Shown here: piece by piece, positions 25,898 through 32,000 of the stretch
How the letters are laid out: each line of letters starts with the position of its first letter
Numbering within the stretch: position 1 is the stretch's first letter
Assembly: GCA_963663995.1 (NCBI GenBank)
Contig: OY760660.1
Coordinates: 1,350,001-1,382,000, forward strand
Source of the DNA: Erysipelotrichaceae bacterium
GTDB taxonomy: Bacteria; Bacillota_I; Bacilli_A; Erysipelotrichales; Erysipelotrichaceae
Direction of reading: 5' to 3'
Length of the DNA stretch: 32,000 nucleotides
Notes under the pieces: model-generated
What the model was told of the DNA's origin: nothing
The model's database searches: none
Seen by the model: only the letters and a program-made list of their open reading frames with translations
Position numbers and translations under genes: made by a program

Positions 25898-28082
25898 CTA
25901 TTTATTTGATAGGCAATGCTTTCTTCAGCAATTTTCGTATCATCTTGATGGATAGCGATAAGTTCTGTTAAGCGACTAATGTCCTTCTTCGCGATTTGGT
26001 AAACATACACGTTTTCTTTTTCTTTACTGATTAAGTCAAAATGGATATCACCTTCATCAAAGCTAAGTAGCATATGTATAGGCGCACTATCGAAATGTCC
26101 TTTGATATAAACTAAATCATAGTCAATATGATCAATATCGCAAAACCATGTTTGTTGATTAAAACTGAAAATAAATGGTTTATTTAACTGTACTTTGTCA
26201 GCTTTTGGTCTACTTTTATATTTCGATTTAATGACACGCATGATCGATAATTTATCATAATGTCTCACTTCATTTTGAGTTTGTATCAGTAATGCATTGT
26301 AAATAATCTGGAAATAGGATCTCGCACTTTTTTTACTAATATGACTGATTTCAAAACCATAATAATATTTCTGATTACTTTGAATAACTCTCACTAATTT
26401 AACTTTAAAATGACTTTTTATCTCATTATCAAGAACTTTAATATCATAATCTTGATGAAAGTGTATCCGTAAACGCATATCCGTCAGTATGGATATTCCA
26501 TTATCAGAAACATTGATTGTGTCAAAGATTTCAAAACTTTCATGAAATTTTGCTTTTACTTCAAGTTTTAGATTAAACCGTGTTGATGTCCTAAAGATAG
26601 GACGCTCTAATGCGTAGAGTAAACTGAGGATTAAAACATAACTGTTATATAAGATCCAAAAGATATTGATCCCAAAAACAAAAGCATAGTTAGTATCTAA
26701 AAATAAAATTGTCCCATTATATAATCCTAAAACTAAGATCGCAAAGATTATTAAGTGTGGAAAGAAAAGGTAAAGATTAAAGTTACCGTAAACTTTCTTC
26801 GCATCCTTTGGCGTTACTTTAAACATACTTTGTTTAAAACCAACAATCTCTTTAAACAGATTCCAAGTTAATGTTGGCGCAAAGACCGTTTCATATAAAT
26901 TATTTAATAATGAACTTCTAACACCATTTGATAGTTTCTTATAGGTTAAATGATAAATCACAAACATGGGAGCCCAAAAGATAAGCGTTTCTATTGGACT
27001 TGAAACGACGATGGGTATTTTAAATAAAATAAAGATAACCGGTGCAATTAAATAAGTAAGTCTTCTATAAGAGTTAAACCAGTAGGAATAACTCATTGTG
27101 TATATTACTTGTTGTTTAAAATTTAATGCTGAAAAGTGTCCACTTCTTTTTCTTAATGTTTGAATCGCGCCCAGTGCCCAACGAATTCTTTGAGTAAATA
27201 AGTCGTTAATATTAAATGGAGATAAACCAATCGCCAGTGTTTCATTCACAAAGTTTGAATGATAGCCTTTTGCTTGTAATTTCATCCCGGTGCAATATCT
27301 TCAGTAATCGTTCCCGTTTCAAATCCACCTGTTTCATTCAATGCTTGTCGAGAGATTAGGGTGTTACTACCTGCATAGATTACCGCATTATATTTTGAAC
27401 GACCATTTTGAATAGAAGTATGGAAGAAGTCTTGTTCATTAGGAATTTTCCCTTCAGAAAACATATTATATTGGAATGTATCTGGATTGTAGAATTGATG
27501 TGGTGCTTGAACAAAAGCCATTTTTTCATCGTTAATAAAGAATGGTACTGTCTTAAGTAGGAAATCATCTCTAACAATCATGTCTGCATCAAGGGTTAGA
27601 AGTAGATCACCAATCGTAAATTTCATCGCATTATTTAAATTACCTGCTTTAGCATGTTTATTATCAGGTCTGGTTATATACCCAACACCCATACTTTTAG
27701 CTAGATTTATTAAATCATCACGACGCTTATCATCACAGATAAAAACCTTTACTTTATCTTTATTTGGATAGTTTAAAAAGCTAGCAGCATTTACAGTCTT
27801 TAAGACTAAATTCAGTGGTTCATTATAACAAGCAACTAAAACATCAACACTTGGCCATTCTGCATTATCATCAACTTCAGGTGTAATCGCATTACTATTA
27901 TCTCTAAGTAAAAAGAAGTTTACGACAAGCTAAAAAAATGCTGAAAGTTCAGCGATTAATAAAGTTATTGCTAATACGATAGCTAATATTCCATACGATA
28001 AAGGTAAAGTATAAAAGGCACGCCATAAAAGATAAACGGTATTAATAATAATGGTGAAATAAACGAGTAGTTTTTGTTTCAT
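25876..28082 (-). pseudogene. BcsA-like family-2 glycosyltransferase (processive beta-glycan synthase) with C-terminal PilZ domain, disrupted by an in-frame TAG and a frameshift
   Basis: Conceptual protein of about 735 aa: N-terminal TM pair; VDVLVACYNEP; ICDDKRRDD; HAKAGNLNNA; LDADM; VQAPHQF; TED; QRIRWA; a TM bundle; and PilZ motifs RPIFR (26604..26590) and NVSDNG (26514..26497). An in-frame TAG lies at 27932..27930. The frame shifts by 1 nt between EDI (ending at 27294) and TGM (starting at 27291). Confidence 0.8.
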
Positions 28083-28156
28083 TTTCAATCCTATAATCCA
28101 CGTATATAAATATACCATTGCGGATTATATACTATTTCAATATAAATAGATAATAA

Positions 28157-28189
28157 AAGGCTCAATAGTACATTGAACCTTGTTTTTTG
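28157..28189. terminator. hairpin between the small membrane-protein gene and the GT2 pseudogene
   Basis: AAGGCTCAAT (28157-28166) pairs with ATTGAACCTT (28172-28181). T6 follows on the plus strand, and only an interrupted T-tract follows on the minus strand. Confidence 0.4.
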
Positions 28190-28190
28190 A

Positions 28191-28484
28191 TTATTTTTTT
28201 GAATTAATAGGTCTTGAATCTGTTTTATCTCTAAGTCTTAAATATGAATCGGTTAGACTTTCATCCCACCATGCAAGATAAGCAAGGACTGCCACAATTA
28301 AGATAGAAAGTGGAAATTGAATCCACATCATAAAGGCTGAACCTGATCCATCTACGTACTCTGAAATACTCATACCAGCATTTGATGCGAGCGTAGAAAT
28401 CGTTGAATAAGAGTTTAACATTGCATACAGCAAGATCGCGAATAGAGCGAGTGTAATATATAAAATCATTTTTCTTAAGTTCAT
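28191..28484 (-). CDS. small membrane protein (two predicted TM segments), function unknown
   Basis: 97 aa with hydrophobic stretches ILYITLALFAILLYAML and FPLSILIVAVLAYLAWW. AAAGGA upstream. No family recognised. Confidence 0.5.
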   Translation of the reverse strand: MNLRKMILYITLALFAILLYAMLNSYSTISTLASNAGMSISEYVDGSGSAFMMWIQFPLSILIVAVLAYLAWWDESLTDSYLRLRDKTDSRPINSKK

Positions 28485-28489
28485 AATTT

Positions 28490-29191
28490 TTATATCCTTT
28501 CAATAAACTTTGAACGTATCTGTTCAATTTGTTTATCACTAATTCCTTTTGAATTTAGGTACGCTTCGATACTATCATATTTCTCATCTAAATAGTTCAA
28601 AAAATCAAACATTGTTTCTGGCTTTGAATCAAACAGTGAAGCATACATAATACTTGGATTATTTAACATATCATTATATTTAGGATTCAAATAGGTTTTT
28701 GAAACTTGATAATCAGCCACGATATCATAAAGATCCACGCCAACAAGTTTTAATAATATAGATGCGATGACACCTGTTCTGTCTTTTCCCGCAGAACAGT
28801 GAAACAAAACGGTTCCTTTTTCTTCAGCTAATGATGAGAATACAGGTTGGATAAATTCCTCTTTCTCACTCATTAAAATATAGAGTTTACTTAATTCCCA
28901 ATCATTTAATTCATCAATAGTATGTGTTTGTAAGGCATCATACGTTGTATTTTGATATGTAACATCAGCATCATTCTCAAAAGGATCTCTTTCCTTTGTG
29001 ATTTCATCTAGGTGTCTTAAATCAATAACACGTGTTAAACCATAATCTTTTAAAGTTTGTATCTCATCTTTACTAAGATGGGTAATATTGTCACTACGTA
29101 AAAATACATTGTATTTAGTTTGCCCAAGATTTGTTTGATAACCACCCAATTCTCTTAGGTTAAATACATTTTCGAATCTGAATCTTCTCAT
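28490..29191 (-). CDS. protein-tyrosine/dual-specificity phosphatase (CX5R, Y_phosphatase3-like)
   Basis: 233 aa with the catalytic loop HCSAGKDRTG and the N-terminal NLRELGGY pattern typical of this family. Confidence 0.85.
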   Translation of the reverse strand: MRRFRFENVFNLRELGGYQTNLGQTKYNVFLRSDNITHLSKDEIQTLKDYGLTRVIDLRHLDEITKERDPFENDADVTYQNTTYDALQTHTIDELNDWELSKLYILMSEKEEFIQPVFSSLAEEKGTVLFHCSAGKDRTGVIASILLKLVGVDLYDIVADYQVSKTYLNPKYNDMLNNPSIMYASLFDSKPETMFDFLNYLDEKYDSIEAYLNSKGISDKQIEQIRSKFIERI

Positions 29192-29234
29192 AAAAAAACC
29201 TCTTAATGTGAATTTATTTTAACACAGTAAGAGG
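29192..29234 (-). terminator. rho-independent terminator after degV whose 3' arm contains the SD of the phosphatase gene
   Basis: On the minus strand CCTCTTACTGTG pairs with CACATTAAGAGG (one mismatch, 12-nt loop), followed by T7 and then directly by ATG 29191. Confidence 0.6.
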
Positions 29235-29241
29235 CATGAAT

Positions 29242-30093
29242 TTATTTTAGAACAACTTGAACACCGAAGGTTCCAAGACCCACGTGTGCAGCGATACCAG
29301 CAGGAAGAACCATTGTTTCTATTGTGATATTTGGTTCTTTTTCTAAGATGAACTTACGATATTGTTCAACACGAGCTGATCCATCACAATCTGGTAGATA
29401 TATCATGTATTCATCCGTATTGAATCCGCGTTTAATCATGTCTTCATAAATAGATTGATATAAGCGTCTTTCGTTACGATCTGTCCCAAATTTTTCAATT
29501 TCTTCAGTTTCCCACGCAAGATAAATACATAATTTAATTTTTAATAAGTTACTTAAAGCAGCAACAGCACCTTTAACTCTTCCGTTTTTACGTAATTGTT
29601 CAAGGTTTTCTGGTAAAACATAAGTAATACTCGTTTCACTTGCTTTACGAGCATATGCTTCAATTTCTTCAATTGATTTACCTTCATTGGCCAGTTCAAT
29701 CGTTCTTTGCGCGATATGACGTACAACCCCAGCAGCACTCTTGGTATCAACAAAAGTAATATTATTAATATCAATATTATTGGCAGCTAATTGTAGAACA
29801 TTAAAAGTACCTGATAAATAACCAGCTAATGCATAAACAAAAATATGATCATAATTTTCGCTTTTAATTCTTGCGAACATTTCTTCTAAGAATCCTAAGT
29901 TTGGTTGGGATGTTGAAACATCTTTACCTGCTCTTAATGCATCTTCTACTTGCTCAGGTGAAACTTCAAATAAGTCTACCCCAGACACACCATCAATGAT
30001 GATATTAAGTGGTGCTAACTCAATCCCCAATTTTTTCGCTTCATCGGGCATTAAAGCGATCGATGAATCTGCAACAACACATATTCTAGCCAT
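29242..30093 (-). CDS. DegV-family fatty-acid-binding protein
   Basis: About 283 aa from ATG 30093 (MARICVVADSS..., SD AAGGAGA). It has the DegV pattern (STSQPN, GTFGV at the C-terminus). Confidence 0.9.
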   Translation of the reverse strand: MARICVVADSSIALMPDEAKKLGIELAPLNIIIDGVSGVDLFEVSPEQVEDALRAGKDVSTSQPNLGFLEEMFARIKSENYDHIFVYALAGYLSGTFNVLQLAANNIDINNITFVDTKSAAGVVRHIAQRTIELANEGKSIEEIEAYARKASETSITYVLPENLEQLRKNGRVKGAVAALSNLLKIKLCIYLAWETEEIEKFGTDRNERRLYQSIYEDMIKRGFNTDEYMIYLPDCDGSARVEQYRKFILEKEPNITIETMVLPAGIAAHVGLGTFGVQVVLK

Positions 30094-30196
30094 TATGTTA
30101 ATCTCCTTGTAATGCTTAAATTTTGACAAATAACATAGTTGTTGTCAAATAGCATTATCTTATTATTCTATTCTATTTTAGTGTATTATAGTTTTC

Positions 30197-30580
30197 ATGA
30201 ATCCGAAAGAAATATTAAATAACGCAAATACTATTGCCGTCATAGGAATGACAGTTAGAGAAGAGTCTTATGCGAACAAAATTGTTCACAAAATAAGAAG
30301 TCTAAACAAAGTTGCTTACCCTGTAAATCCTCGTTATGATTTCCTCTTTGGTGAGGAAATCTATGAGTCCATTGAAAAGTGTCCAAGCATTCCTGATTTA
30401 GTGGTCTTTGTCGTTAACCCCCAAATAGGTATTGAATACTTACCTCATATCAAAGAATTAGGTATTAAAAACATCTGGCTACAACCTGGAACGTTCGATG
30501 TTGAATTTTTAGAAGAAGCTAAAAACTTACAGTTAAACGCCATTGAAGCCTGTGTCTTGGTTGTTGGGAATTATTTATAA
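30197..30580 (+). CDS. CoA-binding domain protein (YccU/YneT-like)
   Basis: 127 aa with TIAVIGMT near the N-terminus and a WLQPG block typical of the CoA_binding_2 family. Confidence 0.8.
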   Translation: MNPKEILNNANTIAVIGMTVREESYANKIVHKIRSLNKVAYPVNPRYDFLFGEEIYESIEKCPSIPDLVVFVVNPQIGIEYLPHIKELGIKNIWLQPGTFDVEFLEEAKNLQLNAIEACVLVVGNYL

Positions 30581-30603
30581 ACAGATTTTAAATCTGTTTT
30601 TTT
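30581..30603 (+). terminator. rho-independent terminator of the CoA-binding protein gene
   Basis: ACAGAT pairs with ATCTGT around a short loop, followed by T7. Confidence 0.65.
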
Positions 30604-30652
30604 ATGAAGCAAAAATGATACTAAAAGTAATTGATTTTGTTATATTTTTCAT

Positions 30653-31708
30653 ATGAAAGAATTATTATTTTTATTTTTACGTTTAGGCTTTTTTGCATTT
30701 GGTGGTCCCGCTGCTCACATCGCGATGATGGAACATGAATGTGTTGAAAAGAGAAAATGGTTAAGTGAAGAAGAATTTTTAGATCTCATCTCATTAACTA
30801 ATTTAATCCCTGGACCAAACTCAACTGAGATGGTTTTACATATGGGTTATCTCAAGGGAAAAGGCAAAGGCATGTTAGTGGCTGGTTTGTCATTTATCCT
30901 ACCTGCAATGTCGATGGTTCTAGCCTTGGCTTATATTTTAAAAACTTACGGAACTTTACCTCAAGTAGAAACAATCCTCTTAGCCATCTCACCTGTCATT
31001 GTTGCGCTAATCGCATCAGTCGGTTATAAACTAGCTCGCAAACAATTGAAGGATATAAAAACTATTTTAGTTTTTAGTTTTGCTATTATTATAAGTTTCT
31101 TTGGACTACAAGAGTTATTAGTATTAGCACTATCTGGTCTACTTTATATTATTGTCGATAAATTCAAATCAAAGACATTGGTTATTGAACCCTTATCTTT
31201 ACTTACATTATTTCTTATCTTTTTAAAAATAGGATCTGTATTATACGGAAGCGGCTATGTACTACTATCCTTTTTAGAAACTGAATTAATGGTCCCAGGT
31301 TATATGAGTTCACAAAGTATCATTGATGCCGTAACAATTGGCCAATTAACGCCTGGTCCAGTCTTTACCACCGCTACTGCGATTGGTTACTTCCTATTAG
31401 ATATTCCAGGGGCAATTCTGTCAACTATCGGTATATTCTTACCTTCATTTCTATTTGTGTTTTTTCTACATCCACTCTTCCCTAAAATTAAACAGAATAG
31501 ATTATTAAGTCACATTCTTGATGGTGTTCGTTTAGGATCATTAGCCTTGATATTTAAAGTTGTTTTCAGCTTAAGCATCACTTCCCATGTTTGGGCAATA
31601 GCCACTTCAATCATTGTATTTACTCTTATGTTAAAGACAAAAATTAACCCAACAATTTATATTTTAGTGATGGGATTGGCTGGTTTTTTATATTCAACCT
31701 TGTTTTAA
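30653..31708 (+). CDS. chrA: chromate transporter (ChrA/CHR family)
   Basis: 351 aa polytopic protein with the duplicated CHR signature: FGGPAAHIAMM...NLIPGPNSTE in the first half and GQLTPGPVFTTATAIGY in the second. Confidence 0.85.
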   Translation: MKELLFLFLRLGFFAFGGPAAHIAMMEHECVEKRKWLSEEEFLDLISLTNLIPGPNSTEMVLHMGYLKGKGKGMLVAGLSFILPAMSMVLALAYILKTYGTLPQVETILLAISPVIVALIASVGYKLARKQLKDIKTILVFSFAIIISFFGLQELLVLALSGLLYIIVDKFKSKTLVIEPLSLLTLFLIFLKIGSVLYGSGYVLLSFLETELMVPGYMSSQSIIDAVTIGQLTPGPVFTTATAIGYFLLDIPGAILSTIGIFLPSFLFVFFLHPLFPKIKQNRLLSHILDGVRLGSLALIFKVVFSLSITSHVWAIATSIIVFTLMLKTKINPTIYILVMGLAGFLYSTLF

Positions 31709-31752
31709 ATAAGCAAATTGAAAGTTTATATCTTTCTGCCTTTTAAAGTTGA

Positions 31753-32000
<248 letters not shown>

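Noticed and set aside
27930-27938. The idea that the in-frame TAG or the adjacent T7/A7 tract reflects stop-codon recoding, an alternative genetic code or slipped-strand phase variation.
   Set aside because: TAG, TAA and TGA all terminate well-supported genes in this window. Changing the homopolymer length by +1 or -1 runs into stops within a few codons, whereas the GT2 domain continues in the same frame after the TAG. A plain nonsense mutation fits best.

Overview
AT-rich, low-GC Bacillota-type chromosomal segment; the taxon cannot be determined by eye. It carries about 35 genes, mostly on the minus strand, with strong GGAGG-type Shine-Dalgarno (SD) sites and many clear rho-independent terminators. 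Content, left to right: (1) a four-gene mannose-class PTS operon (EIIA-EIIB-EIIC-EIID) with an adjacent PRD-domain regulator; (2) htpG preceded by a textbook CIRCE operator, divergent from a DEAD-box helicase; (3) a ParE/Phd toxin-antitoxin pair; (4) a tightly packed accessory operon (esterase, DUF3795 Cys-rich protein, GyrI-like protein, MBL-fold hydrolase); (5) a nested insertion in which an IS3-family element sits inside the left terminal repeat of an IS256-family element; (6) an HxlR regulator divergent from a lectin-fold/MFS/flavin-reductase operon; (7) a beta-glucoside utilisation neighbourhood (FGGY kinase, RpiR regulator, orphan cellobiose-type PTS EIIC, two complete GH1 6-phospho-beta-glucosidases plus a third at the right edge, and a cupin); (8) flavodoxin; (9) a decayed BcsA-like GT2 + PilZ (c-di-GMP receptor) synthase gene, followed by a small membrane protein, a CX5R phosphatase and DegV; (10) a CoA-binding protein and ChrA. 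I saw no rRNA, tRNA or CRISPR array. I do not see a convincing novel multi-gene defence-type system. The most interesting observations are the disrupted PilZ-GT2 locus, the nested IS event that separates an operon from its terminator, CIRCE control of htpG, the uncharacterised four-gene accessory operon beside the TA/IS region, and a recurrent -10 box-N6-8-ATG (no SD) architecture that suggests leaderless mRNAs. All calls rest on reading the ORF translations and the DNA by eye. No database search was run.
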